A stretch of 64,000 bases of DNA, taken from an uncultured Acidobacteriota bacterium (lineage in GTDB: Bacteria; Acidobacteriota; UBA6911; RPQK01; JAPXNP01). This document shows, one piece after another, positions 10,901 through 20,374 of the stretch. Location of the stretch: the NCBI GenBank assembly GCA_963777605.1, contig CAVZRV010000013.1, positions 1-64,000 of the forward strand, read 5' to 3'. The notes under the pieces are model-generated. The model made no database searches. It was not told where the DNA came from and worked only from the letters and a program-made list of their open reading frames with translations. Numbering within the stretch: the stretch's first letter is position 1; each line of letters begins with the position of its first letter. A program made the position numbers and the translations under genes.

Positions 10901-12669
10901 AATCGAAGTGGCCTGGTATCTACGACTACGGAGCCAACCCACTGGGGCTCTACTGGAGTTACGACAACGCCGGCCGCCAGCAGACCGCCAAATGGAGCAA
11001 CAACGGCGGAAGCCCGGGAGGGACGGCCTACCAGGAACTGGTCGACAATTACACCTTCACCTACGCTTCGACCAACCCGTATGCCACCGAAACCATCACC
11101 TATGATGGATCGACCAACGGCACCATCGAGACGGTTACTTACAGCGACCGCCTCCAGCCCACGGGACGCACGGTCAAATACGGCAACCAGTCACTGTTCG
11201 ACCAGATCGTCCACTTCAACCCGAGTGGTCAGAACAAGAACAACGGCAACGTCTGGTACGTCGACGATCAGGTCGATTCGACACACGGGGACATGTCGTA
11301 CGACTACGACTACTGGAACCGGATCTCATCGTTCAAGATCGCCGGGATTACGAATCAGACCTATGCCCGGGATCGGTGGGGCAACAGCACGGCGTACGGC
11401 TTGTCATTCAACAGTGCGACCAACCGGATCACGACGACCGGCTACAACAGCTACGATTCGGCGGGCAACCAGCTCGGTCTTCCGAGCTTCACTTTGCAGT
11501 ACGACGGAGCAAGCCGGATCAAAACGGTCAACAGCGGCACGACCGCAACCTACTCGTATGATGGCGACGGGCGACGGGTGAAGAAAGTCTCCGGGGGAAC
11601 GACGCGTTACTACTTCTACGATCCCGAAGGACACGCGATCTGGGAGTACCAGGTCGGCGTGGGTTGGGAGACCTTCAACCTCTTCTTCAACGGCCGGCAC
11701 GCGGCGGTCAATAACACAACCGAAGGGCTTCGCTGGCGCCATCTGGATCATCTCGGCAACCTGAGGCTGAAGACCGACAACACCGGCCAGGCGAGATGCT
11801 ATTACTACTACAAGCCGTACGGTGAGATCAGCTACAAGAGCTGCACCGAAGCCGACGACTACTGGTTTACCGGAAAGGAACGGGACGCTGAAACCGGGCT
11901 CGACTACTTCGGCGCCCGCTACCACGGCAGCGCCATCGGTCGGTTTACTTCGGTGGATCCGATCGGAGGCTTCACGGAGGTTCCGCAGAGTCTGAACAAG
12001 TATGCCTACGGGCTCAATAACCCTCTGCGATATGCGGATGCGGACGGACAGTTTGCTGTGCCGGTCATCCCTCTCGGTGGAATCTTGATTGGAGGTGTTT
12101 GGGGTGGAATCGATGCCTATATAAACCAAACCGGATACGGAAAAGGCATTTTCTCCGGAGCAATGGGAGGACTGGCCGCGTCGATGACTTATCCTTGGAA
12201 TCCCATATATGCAGGCGCCATCACAGGTGGTGTGACGAATATCAGCGGTCAGCTATACGATACAGCCTTCACAGAGAAGACCTGGAGGGACATCGATCTC
12301 GTCTCCTTGGGTATTGATACCACGATGGGCGCACTCATTGGTCGAGTCCTTGGACCCGTAACCACTAGCATTCAGCGGTGGAAGTGGCAGGGACTGATTC
12401 CTCCACGGCCAGGACCTGGATTGGTACCCGCGCGATTTACCACATACTATGGCCCGAAGGCCAAGGATCTTCACAGGGCGTTCGGGCTATCTGGTTTCTT
12501 TGGCAGTTCCTATCACATGGCGACTCACGAGATTGGATCGACCTATACTCCAGCGGATCTTTCTAGCTATCGGCTGCGATTGTTGGAGGGAATCGCAAGA
12601 GGGAGTCAGTTGCGACCGGACGTGCGTATCGGTGAGATCACGTATGGTCCTCTGCCATACGATGAATAG
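7921..12669 (+). CDS. RHS/YD-repeat protein with Sec-type signal peptide and a Gly-rich hydrophobic C-terminal (putative toxin) domain
   Basis: Many YD repeats, core FTGKERDAETGLDYFGARY and cleavage motif NPLRYADADG (tip starts ~12049). N-terminus MKQLSLLSIALLVLMASVAA. Confidence 0.93.
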   Translation: MKQLSLLSIALLVLMASVAAETRYVDSKNSTGTTPFGSYEGTMENIDLRNQNLNIVIPLFTQKGRNGLDYSVVTYYNSNYRVWQPIPDDYTPPTYELVWVGDPDAYFQLKPSATLSYRDEIYLDGGTELHTNRYILTDIDGTRHEFGVQPSAGDVYGGTCNNLETFRTTDSSHMKLQEIVDKMHVVIYQKDGTELDFSTTTLGWNYKLNWIRDTNGNKITFQYSVPRDTYTCGFLVTDTLGREVCFRYSSGDPEILVEEYSGSESVYRLKDRMSSTSEIELPPGDVNRNDAMRYEVQYQTTSQLCDPDNYCTSAYGPEIKLDVLTYPTGGTTNYNWELGKLIGESPQRLSQKVVDADDGQGTGTWDYDRIAGSTQVTRPDQTYHKHYFSVLPGFTTFEKEDKVEYYESVGTKKRTIEKTWDQRFGDPRVTETKITLDNNYQSKTVQVYDQQGYSSALGNLTNGNVIETREYAWGSGAPGSLVRKTTRSHLNTTSYNVSNLHILDRITDESVYDSASVKKAQTTYFYDNYYSPRTLLSASGVVQHDTASFGTGYTTRGNLYRIGRWLNSPSSTLYTYFRYDICGNVREETDPRGYTSKINYNSTYQYAYPYWLEDAAGFDTYREYFFDNTNQRGFGYLKRETDINSNQTDYTYDVLGRIKTVTYPDGGLVTNYYSDRDLEDTHATVDVFTDQTSVFPPRMKTYTLIDATPNPDLKRVQIHTFDLLGRVNLEGIMNGTNVDWTCTRFDATGRIQKVSNPRTLSYTTEEPGYANFNKWTTNEYDSLDRITEIETQDNQVVTINYSGYQKTVSDQASMQRRVNYDALGRISSAVEPNLNNNTFDAGAVTTSYAYDVLDNLTGVTQGTQTRSFVYDSLSRLTSETNPESGTTTYTYDSNSNLTRKTDARSVQTNYNSYDVLNRPASISYSDSTPTSSFTYDSTLVTNGKGRRTGMSDGVGSSTFHYDSMGRTTKIVRAMTGGPSMTGDFVYNKLGGLTESKWPGIYDYGANPLGLYWSYDNAGRQQTAKWSNNGGSPGGTAYQELVDNYTFTYASTNPYATETITYDGSTNGTIETVTYSDRLQPTGRTVKYGNQSLFDQIVHFNPSGQNKNNGNVWYVDDQVDSTHGDMSYDYDYWNRISSFKIAGITNQTYARDRWGNSTAYGLSFNSATNRITTTGYNSYDSAGNQLGLPSFTLQYDGASRIKTVNSGTTATYSYDGDGRRVKKVSGGTTRYYFYDPEGHAIWEYQVGVGWETFNLFFNGRHAAVNNTTEGLRWRHLDHLGNLRLKTDNTGQARCYYYYKPYGEISYKSCTEADDYWFTGKERDAETGLDYFGARYHGSAIGRFTSVDPIGGFTEVPQSLNKYAYGLNNPLRYADADGQFAVPVIPLGGILIGGVWGGIDAYINQTGYGKGIFSGAMGGLAASMTYPWNPIYAGAITGGVTNISGQLYDTAFTEKTWRDIDLVSLGIDTTMGALIGRVLGPVTTSIQRWKWQGLIPPRPGPGLVPARFTTYYGPKAKDLHRAFGLSGFFGSSYHMATHEIGSTYTPADLSSYRLRLLEGIARGSQLRPDVRIGEITYGPLPYDE

Positions 12670-12678
12670 GAGCCTGAG

Positions 12679-13536
12679 TTGACCCACAGGAACCGTCCAG
12701 AGAGAGAGCCGCCTGCGATCGGAGCAAATGGGTCGTTGTTTGTGATCTTGCTCGTTGACGCATTCTTCCTTTGGATGCCTTGGGTTGGAGGGCAGGCGAT
12801 CCGTGACGTGGCTTGGACAATAGCAGGAGCGCTCACTGGTTCCTCGTTGGCAGTGGCATACTTTATGTGGAAGCCACTGAATCTATTCTCAAACAACGCG
12901 TATGCTCCCAAACCTCTTTCTTCGCTCACGTCAGGAGAGTTGAAGGCGTTAGCCTTTCTCAATAGCTCGGCAGGAAGGTTGGCCGTCCTAAAGTACATCG
13001 CACAAGTCCCGGTTGCCGCCGTTTTCGGAGCAATGTTATCCACAATGGGATATGTCCTCATTGTTGAAGATCCGCCGACTCCCGTTGAGCTTAACCGGAA
13101 TCTGTTTGCATATGTGTTGCCGATGGTTTTGGTAAGTTTTCTCACGAGTTCTGTGATGTACTTTGCAGCGGTTGCAAGGGCTGTAAGGACCCACTGGGAT
13201 TGGATCCTCGAGCACCAACCGCTTCCGAGCGCCAAGGTGTTGGCCAAGTATGCTGGTAGAAACGAAGAAGTGGGTCACTGGGATCATCTTTACGGGACAG
13301 AATTCTCCGAGGAGCTGAACCGGGCGCTCGAAGGCCGGCCGGGGAGGGGATTCTGGCGGGTGATGCTGCAACTGCTGGGGGGAGGGGCGGCCGCCCTGGT
13401 CCTCTTCCGTCTCATCTCGGGAGGCGTACCGGAGGACCGGCGTGTAGGTGCATTGATAATACTCGCCGTGGGCCTGCTCATCTACTGGTTGGCGGGTATA
13501 TATCTCGGAGCCGAAGACTCCGACGAGGACCGATGA
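12679..13536 (+). CDS. Multi-pass membrane protein, putative immunity protein
   Basis: Starts 9 bp after the RHS stop, has several hydrophobic segments and visibly lower GC. The function is inferred from position. Confidence 0.6.
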   Translation: MTHRNRPEREPPAIGANGSLFVILLVDAFFLWMPWVGGQAIRDVAWTIAGALTGSSLAVAYFMWKPLNLFSNNAYAPKPLSSLTSGELKALAFLNSSAGRLAVLKYIAQVPVAAVFGAMLSTMGYVLIVEDPPTPVELNRNLFAYVLPMVLVSFLTSSVMYFAAVARAVRTHWDWILEHQPLPSAKVLAKYAGRNEEVGHWDHLYGTEFSEELNRALEGRPGRGFWRVMLQLLGGGAAALVLFRLISGGVPEDRRVGALIILAVGLLIYWLAGIYLGAEDSDEDR

Positions 13537-13994
13537 TGGAATGGCCGGGCCCGGAATCCTTTGTTCCATACTACGATCCCGAAGGGAACGCGGCCTGGGA
13601 ATACAAGGTCGGCACCGGTTGGGAGACCTTCAACCTCTTCTTCAGCGGGAAGCACGCGGCCGTCAACAACACGACCGAGGGCCTCCGCTGGCGGCATCTC
13701 GATCATTTGGGCAACCTGGTCCTGAAGACGAACAACGTGGGCAGTGATGTCTGCCGCTACTACTACAAGCCGTACGGCGAGCTGAACTCCCGCACCTGCA
13801 CGGAAGCCGACGACTACAGGTTCACCGGAAAGGAGCGGGACGCCGAAACCGGCCTGGATTACTTCGGAGCCCGCTACCACGGCAGCGCCATCGGCCGGTT
13901 CACCTCGGTCGATCCCTTCCGTGAGAGCGCGGATCCTGCCAACCCTCAGAGTTGGAATCGGTACGCGTACACGCTGAATAATCGGTCGCGGTAG
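13533..13994 (+). pseudogene. Orphan RHS core fragment closely resembling ~11615-12020, truncated before the cleavage site
   Basis: YDPEG..WEY.VG.GWETFNLFF...FTGKERDAETGLDYFGARY...YAYTLNN, then abuts the group II intron 3' end. Confidence 0.85.
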
Positions 13995-14242
13995 GGACGG
14001 CCATTGCTGACCGCCCCCCGCACAGATCCGTACGTGCGGAGCTACCGCATACGGCTCCTGCCTAAGGTCGTGACGCGAAGAAACGCTCCTCCGGATAGGG
14101 ATGCAGAACCCGGCATGGCGGGACGTACTTGCGGGTGAGGCGATTGAAACGGGTCCAGTTGAGTCGGTGCCGTTGACTTCGGCGCAGCAGGGCATGCGGC
14201 CACGCGCGGCCGACCTCGCTTCAAGAGAACTTCCAACCGCAC
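13985..14242 (-). mobile_element. Internally deleted group II intron remnant
   Basis: The minus strand has domain V GAGCCGTATGCGGTAGCTCCGCACGTACGGATCTG and a domain VI/3' end ...TCCCTACCGCGAC. These follow a maturase C-terminus (RRSQRHRLNWTRFNRL...HPYPEERF*). A GTGCG 5'-like motif sits at 14242. Confidence 0.85.
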
Positions 14243-14498
14243 TTTCGCTGTCTGTCGTCCGCAACTCCCTTAATCGTGCGCGTGCAGCTCAATTGCGCGG
14301 CTCTCCGCATGAGAGGTCAGGCGAAGGGACTCGAGAGGCCGTAACACGGAGCCTCGACAAATCGATGAGCTTCGCTGCCGATTGGGAAGCTTCTCCGACG
14401 ACACCTTGTATCCCCCGTTCCTGTTCCCTCATCCATAAACGTGCCCCATCCATAAACGTGCCCCTCCAGCCGAGAGAGCTTGTTGCCGCTGACCAAAA

Positions 14499-16080
14499 GA
14501 CCGTATCTCGTCACCCCTCTCATTTACGATAGCTTTCGCCGGGAAGGTTGTGTCTGGTTATCGAGTTTTTGCCGCCAACGGCACCCGCCGCTTCGGGACG
14601 AAACGGAGCGGGCTTTCCGAACCGGGACGGTTCGGCGTTGGAAAACGTCAACGGTTCCGATTGTTCGGAGGTTCGCTTCCATGGGAAACACGTTTAATGC
14701 CTTTGATCCCCTGTTTTACGCACAAGAGGCCCTGATTCTGCTCGAAAAAGCCCTTGGCCTGGCCGGTCGCGTCCACCGCGGCTACAGCAAGGACCCGCAG
14801 CAGAAGGGCTCCACGATCGAGATCCGCAAGCCGTCCACGTTCACGGCGCAGGATGCCCCGTCCAACGCCCAGGATATCGACGCGCCGAAGCTCTCCATCG
14901 TCCTCAACAAGTGGAAAGAAGTGAAGTTCACCCTCACCGACAAGGAGATCAACGCCACCGGTGAAGACATCATCGAGGAGCATATCCGGCCCGCAGCCTA
15001 CGCGATCGCCAACCAGATCGACATGGAGCTGGCAGACCTCTACCGGATGGTTCCGTGGTATGTCGATGCCCAGGCCAATGTCGATCTCAAGGACGTGACC
15101 TTGCCGCGCCAGATCCTGTTCGATAACGGCGTGCCGATGGACCCGACGATGCTTCATTTCATGATCGACGGGGCACTCGAGGCCGGGTTTTTGACCCTGA
15201 CAGCGTTCTCGCAATTCCAGGGCGCGGGCCTTGAAGGCGTCGCCGCACAGCAGACGGGTTCGCTTGGGCGGAAGTTCGGAATCAATATCTTTGCGAATCA
15301 GAACACTCCGTCTCACGTGAAGGGAACCTGCGACGACCCGGCCCTTAAGATTACCGACAATCCGGCGGCAAGGGTGCAACGGCTGTCAACCTTGCGGCAG
15401 TGGATGGGACGATCTACGACCGCTACGGCAACCGGCTGAGCCAGTCGGGATCGGGAGGCGTTCCGACCGAGACTCTCACGATCAGTACAACCACAAACCG
15501 CGTGAGCGGCTGGACGTACGATGCGGCCGGCAACGTCACCAACGACGGCACGCACACCTATGCCTACGATGCCGAAAACCGCTTGATCAGCGTCGATGCG
15601 GGAGTCACCGCCACCTACGCCTACGGCCCCAACGGCGAACGGGTCTGGAAGGTTGCCGGAGGCGTGACGACCTACTACTACTGGGGGATCGGCGAGAAGG
15701 TCTCGGGCTCCTGGACGAAGTTCTTCGTCTCGGGGCTCGGTGGTAAGCTGGTCGAGTACAGCAGTTCGACGACGAAGTTTTTTCGTCACCAATCATCTCG
15801 GCAGTGTGGCGGCGCGCATGGATGTCAGCGGAACCCTCAGCGAAACCTATCGCTATCTCCCGTTTGGAGAACTGTTTGCGGGGACTGCGACGCCCCACGA
15901 GTTTACCGGCAAGGAGAGGGACCAGGAGTCCGGCCTCGACTACATCGGGGCACGCTATCTGGCGTCCAATCACGGTCGATGGATGAGCGTGGATCCGGTC
16001 ACGGGAAGTTCGAGCAACCCGCAGCGGTTCAATCGATATTCGTACGTGGGTAATATTCCAACCATGCTCGTTGATCCGAC
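14499..16080 (+). repeat. Copy 1 of a ~1.6-kb duplicated unit (leader + capsid segment + RHS core); copy 2 is ~20880-22465
   Basis: Near-identical sequence from GACCGTATCTCGTCACCCC through the capsid segment and RHS repeats, diverging toward the DPxG site. Confidence 0.9.
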
Positions 16081-16720
16081 CGGTCGGGAGTGGGAACTTG
16101 TATATGTCATCAAGACTTATTACAGAGAGTTGCTCGAGATGTACGTGACAGAGGTGACTCATTTCTTGAAGTGGGTCCCCCCAAGAACCAAGCAGACTTT
16201 TGAACCGTGGGAACAGGAACATCATGTCGGGGGCAAATCTAAACCTCCGGAATCTGAAACGCCGACTAACTGTGCCAATCAATTCCAGGAGTTCCTGGGA
16301 TTTCTCGGCCATAACCCGAATGATCTCACTCAAGACGGTAAAGACTTCATCTCGGCACTTACTTGGGCGATCACTCATTCGGATGAGATCCAGGTGATCT
16401 CTTCGAAGTATTTTATCGATAACTATGGTGAGAAGGATACTCTATCGGATGGAAAGACTTACAACACTGGATCCTTCTTCCAGTATGGGATTATTTGGTA
16501 CTGGGAAGATTACGTTCGCACGTATCTTGGTGCCATTGGAATTGACGAGGAACGCCAGATGTCAGCGATGTTCCTGCATGAATTGACTCATGCAGGAATG
16601 CGTGGAACAAAACTAGACAAAGTATACGATGACGCGGCTAATGAGGCTTTCGCCAAGGAAGCTGTGATACAATACGAGCTGTTTCTTGACCTAACCAATA
16701 AGGTACCTTGCAAGCCATGA
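14681..16720 (+). CDS. P22-like major capsid (N-terminal ~245 aa)::RHS core::HExxH toxin fusion, copy 1 (1-bp indels at ~15369 and ~15780)
   Basis: Capsid-like motifs as in copy 2, joined at GACGATC|TACGACCGC to RHS YDRYGNR. Core TGKERDQESGLDY, VDPTG, and a tip containing FLHELTH. Confidence 0.8.
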
Positions 16721-17289
16721 AACGCGTAATTTTAGCCTTCGTAGTTATTCTGTCTTGGTACACGAGCCTCGCCTATGTGATTGGGGCCCCATCATCAGAG
16801 TGGAAAGAAGCGTGGCAAGTCGAGGGTATCAGGGCTATCCGACGTCATTCATTTCGAATTCTTCGCCTCAGTTGTTCGCCTGCAAAGTGCGAGGAGACAT
16901 CCGTGGGCATTCGAATTCCTGACCTCTCAGCTGAAATGGTACTGAATGTAACCTGGAATTCTTGGCCGCTGGATGAAGAGTATCCTACAAAGTACACCCT
17001 TTCTCCTTTTGCAGTCACAGTTGCCGCCGTGTATATGCCTGAGACAATGACCTTACGAATCGTACACGCCTGGCCACCTTCAGGATCAACGATCGAGGTG
17101 GTGGGAATTATTAACAGTGCATTCCTTACCTCAACAAAGAGAGTGTTTACAACTGGGCTCGATGCACTGACGGTCCAAATGGAAATCGCCAACTCTAATG
17201 GGGAGACCGAGACGGTTGAATTCCTGATTGTCCCACGGGATGACAATGGACGTCTCTTAGGCCGTTGGCGCCCGAAAAGCGCTGATTAG
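16717..17289 (+). CDS. Exported putative immunity protein
   Basis: ATGA overlap with the toxin stop, signal peptide MKRVILAFVVILSW, lower GC. Confidence 0.65.
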   Translation: MKRVILAFVVILSWYTSLAYVIGAPSSEWKEAWQVEGIRAIRRHSFRILRLSCSPAKCEETSVGIRIPDLSAEMVLNVTWNSWPLDEEYPTKYTLSPFAVTVAAVYMPETMTLRIVHAWPPSGSTIEVVGIINSAFLTSTKRVFTTGLDALTVQMEIANSNGETETVEFLIVPRDDNGRLLGRWRPKSAD

Positions 17290-17534
17290 CTCAACCAAGC
17301 CTGCAAATTGCACGGACGGTGCGGTGCCCAGTCCGAAAGCGTGTCAGGCCAAAGGAATTCAATAGTCGGCGCGACACTCCAGGTAGGCGACACTGGTTTC
17401 GACCATTCAAAGAGGTGGCCGCCCGTTTGCCTCCCATTTTGGTGGTGAAGGTTTGGTAAAGTTTCGTATCGGTCGGCCCGTCGCTGCTCCGCGTAACGGG
17501 CTGATATTGTTAGTGTTTGGTCTTGTTTGGTAGG

Positions 17535-17593
17535 GGCGGCGTGGCTTTCTGCAAAACCTTTATTCAGCGGTTCGAATCCGCTCGCCGCCTCCA
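17535..17593 (+). pseudogene. tRNA-Cys(GCA) remnant / att-like site lacking the D-arm
   Basis: GGCGGCG pairs with CGCCGCC-T-CCA, anticodon loop CTGCAAA, T-arm AGCGG-TTCGAAT-CCGCT. Only 59 nt long. Confidence 0.75.
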
Positions 17594-17631
17594 ACCGACC
17601 ACTGGACCAGCTCGTCCTGTGGGAGTTCAAC

Positions 17632-18337
17632 CTACTCCGGCATCTCGTCCCAGGTCCTTCCTTCGAGTACGCGGCCGGCCTTCTTCTTGTCGACGCCACC
17701 CCATTGCTTGAAGAAGAAAGCCACGTCGGAGGCGACGCATTGATCGCGGATCTCGGTGACCCATTCCGGATCCATCCGTCGGGCGCCGGGGCCGGATTCT
17801 CCCCCGACGATGACCCAGTCGATGCCTTCGAGGTTCAGGCTGGGGAGTGGCCCAAGGAGGGGTTCAAGGGAGAGGAACTTGATCGCTGCATGGGTCCCGC
17901 GCGAGATCGTCGATTCGATGGGTGTATCGGGACGTCTCGACACTCACTCCCATCCAGATGTTCTCACTCCAGGACAGTTCTTCGTCCAGTGCGCTCAGCC
18001 GTACGGATCGCTTCGTCAGAACCTGAAAGCGATGCCAGTCGGCCGCCCGCATGACCGCGAAAACGCGTTGAATGTACTCGACCGGGACGTCCCGGTGAAA
18101 AAGGTCGCTCATTGAGTTCACGAAGACCGTCTGGGATCGCTTCCAGGTGAGGGGCAGCGTCAGGGCATGAGGATGAAGCGTGACTTCGAAGCCGTTGGCA
18201 TAGTTGGGTTGCCCCATCGCCCGAAGCCGTTTGGCCATGCGCTCGGCATAGCAGTGCTTGCAACCCGGGCTGATCTTGTCGCAGCCGGTCAACGGGTTCC
18301 AAGTGGACTCGGTCCATTCGATTTTCGATTGTGCCAT
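17632..18337 (-). CDS. DUF5131 (phage Gp37/Gp68-like) protein, frameshifted near ~17900
   Basis: [61 protein letters not shown] and FFFKQWGG. Confidence 0.9.
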
Positions 18338-18421
18338 GGTTCTAGTCTCGAAGAATGTACTGTGCAATCTTCACGGCCGTCTTTGCGCCTCTCTCATTCG
18401 CAGCGGCGAAGCACAAGAGAT

Positions 18422-19828
18422 ACAGCGGAAACCAGTGCCTGGAGCCTCTCCTGGGTCTATGACCGCTACGGCAACCGACTGAGCCAGTCGGGATCGGGCG
18501 GCGTGCCGACCGAGAGCCTCACGATCAGTACGACGACGAACCGCGTGAGCGGCTGGACGTACGACGTGGCCGGCAACGTCACCAACGATGGCACCCATAC
18601 CTATGCCTACGATGCCGAAAACCGCTTGATCAGTGTCGATGCGGGAGTCACCGCCACCTACGCCTACGGCCCCAACGGCGAACGGGTCTGGAAGGTTGCC
18701 GGAGGGGTCACGACCTACTACTACTGGGGGATCGGCGAGAAGGTCTCTGGCTCCTGGACGAAGTTCTTCGTCTCGGGGCTCGGTGGTAAGCTGGTCGAGT
18801 ACAGCAGTTCGACGACGAAGTTTTTCGTCACCAATCATCTCGGCAGTGTGGCGGCGCGCATGGATGTCAGCGGAACCCTCAGCGAAACCTATCGCTATCT
18901 CCCCTTCGGCGAGCGCTACGCCGGGACGCACACCACGCATCAGTTCACGGGCAAGGAGCGGGACGCCGAATCAGGGCTCGACTACTTCGGGGCACGGTAT
19001 CTGGCGTCAACCCATGGCCGCTGGATGAGCGTGGATCCGGAAATGGGAGACCCCCAGAATCCGCAAAGGTTAAACAGATACGCGTATGTACTGAATGATC
19101 CCATCAAGTATGTTGATGCCGATGGACGTACGGAATGTTTTCCTTTGCCCGACGGCACTGTTGTTTGCGACGATTTAGGACGAATAACAGTCTTTGGAAG
19201 CCTCAGCGGTATATTGGGCGGAGTCGCCAATAGTTCCGTAGCGCCCCTAAGACCGCGTCGGCCGCCGGAGGCACTCAAGGAAAATAGCACATCAGGGTTG
19301 CTGACTTGGCTAACAATGGATCGCGTATCAACTACTTTTGACAGTCCATTCATGGGACCATGCCTGATAAGTGAAATCTATGATCCGACGGGTTCCACAA
19401 TCGGTCGCAACCATCCCGCAGTCGACATAAGCGCGAACGACGCCTTTGACAACATTATCGGAGGAGGTCCTCTACGTGGATTTGGTACACCTGTGGGCGC
19501 AATCGGGGGAGGAAGTGTCACGGAGATCGGGACGCAACCAGGAACAAACGTGAATTACATCAAGATTTACGATAAGGCTAACGACATCGAATTGTCGTAC
19601 ACCCATGTTACTGCCTCCCAAGGATTGCATATAGGTCAACAGGTCCACACCGGCCAGCATCTTGGAGTGATCGACGACAGCGGCGGCGTAGACCTCGCCC
19701 ACCTTCACTTGGTATTTCGGTTCGGTGACAACCCTTCACCTGGACCCGGTTTCCCAAGTGTTGGTGACAAGTTTGACCCGGAGCCGTACCTGCCATGCGA
19801 GCGAAAGCCCGGCTTGAGTAGTCCATAG
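18422..19828 (+). CDS. Orphan RHS core + M23/LytM-like peptidase toxin tip (5'-truncated, no evident start)
   Basis: Same RHS segment as in the capsid fusions, VDADG cleavage site at ~19126, and a tip with HPAVD (HxxxD), YTH and HLH (HxH). Confidence 0.85.
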   Translation, partial: TAETSAWSLSWVYDRYGNRLSQSGSGGVPTESLTISTTTNRVSGWTYDVAGNVTNDGTHTYAYDAENRLISVDAGVTATYAYGPNGERVWKVAGGVTTYYYWGIGEKVSGSWTKFFVSGLGGKLVEYSSSTTKFFVTNHLGSVAARMDVSGTLSETYRYLPFGERYAGTHTTHQFTGKERDAESGLDYFGARYLASTHGRWMSVDPEMGDPQNPQRLNRYAYVLNDPIKYVDADGRTECFPLPDGTVVCDDLGRITVFGSLSGILGGVANSSVAPLRPRRPPEALKENSTSGLLTWLTMDRVSTTFDSPFMGPCLISEIYDPTGSTIGRNHPAVDISANDAFDNIIGGGPLRGFGTPVGAIGGGSVTEIGTQPGTNVNYIKIYDKANDIELSYTHVTASQGLHIGQQVHTGQHLGVIDDSGGVDLAHLHLVFRFGDNPSPGPGFPSVGDKFDPEPYLPCERKPGLSSP

Positions 19829-19858
19829 GTTCGCCAACAAAGACAGTTGGAGTAGAGT

Positions 19859-20374
19859 ATGAATCTCTTCGTCTCCACCGCGTTGACAGGGTTCTTGAGT
19901 TTAGTTTGCTTCGGTCAGCCTATGCCAGGTCAAGATCAGCAACTGGAAAGTCTACGGGAAACCGCCGTTCAGTTGGAGGGGATCCTGAGACACAGGAATT
20001 TTGATGAGTTCCTCAAGAATGTTAGTCCTCGACCGTTACGAGTTGGATTTGATTACTATGTCTCAAGGCTGGATCTAGAAGATGATTTTAGAGAAAAGGA
20101 TGGTATTGTTTTTAACATCCTGTTTGGCGACCAGACATCGCTCTATGATGTGATAACCAAGAGAACCGACGTTAAGTTCGTAGCGAGTCTTCAGCGAAAG
20201 GCGAGTAACGACACCACGACAGGCAGAATTATCCCGGGAGATTACTTGCTCAATTCCGGCACAATCTTGATCAGATGGGATGACTCTCCAACTGCCGAGG
20301 GCTTTACAGAGTTTCCGAGTTTCTCGATGGTCTTTCTTAACCACCGTTGGCTGATTGGCGCTGTGGATTTCTGA
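19859..20374 (+). CDS. Exported putative immunity protein
   Basis: Directly follows the M23 tip; signal-like N-terminus MNLFVSTALTGFLSLVCFG; low GC. Confidence 0.6.
   Translation: MNLFVSTALTGFLSLVCFGQPMPGQDQQLESLRETAVQLEGILRHRNFDEFLKNVSPRPLRVGFDYYVSRLDLEDDFREKDGIVFNILFGDQTSLYDVITKRTDVKFVASLQRKASNDTTTGRIIPGDYLLNSGTILIRWDDSPTAEGFTEFPSFSMVFLNHRWLIGAVDF

Noticed and set aside
13533-14242. Diversity-generating retroelement (RT remnant next to a repeated RHS segment)
   Set aside because: The RT remnant has group II intron domains V/VI, and differences between the RHS copies are not evidently adenine-specific.
14431-14464. 17-bp direct repeat ATCCATAAACGTGCCCC x2
   Set aside because: Only two adjacent units with no spacers, so it is not a CRISPR array; probably a local duplication.
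15360-15790. Programmed ribosomal frameshifting between the capsid and RHS parts of copy 1
   Set aside because: Copy 2 is in frame at both positions, the first site has no slippery heptamer, and similar indels occur throughout the window.
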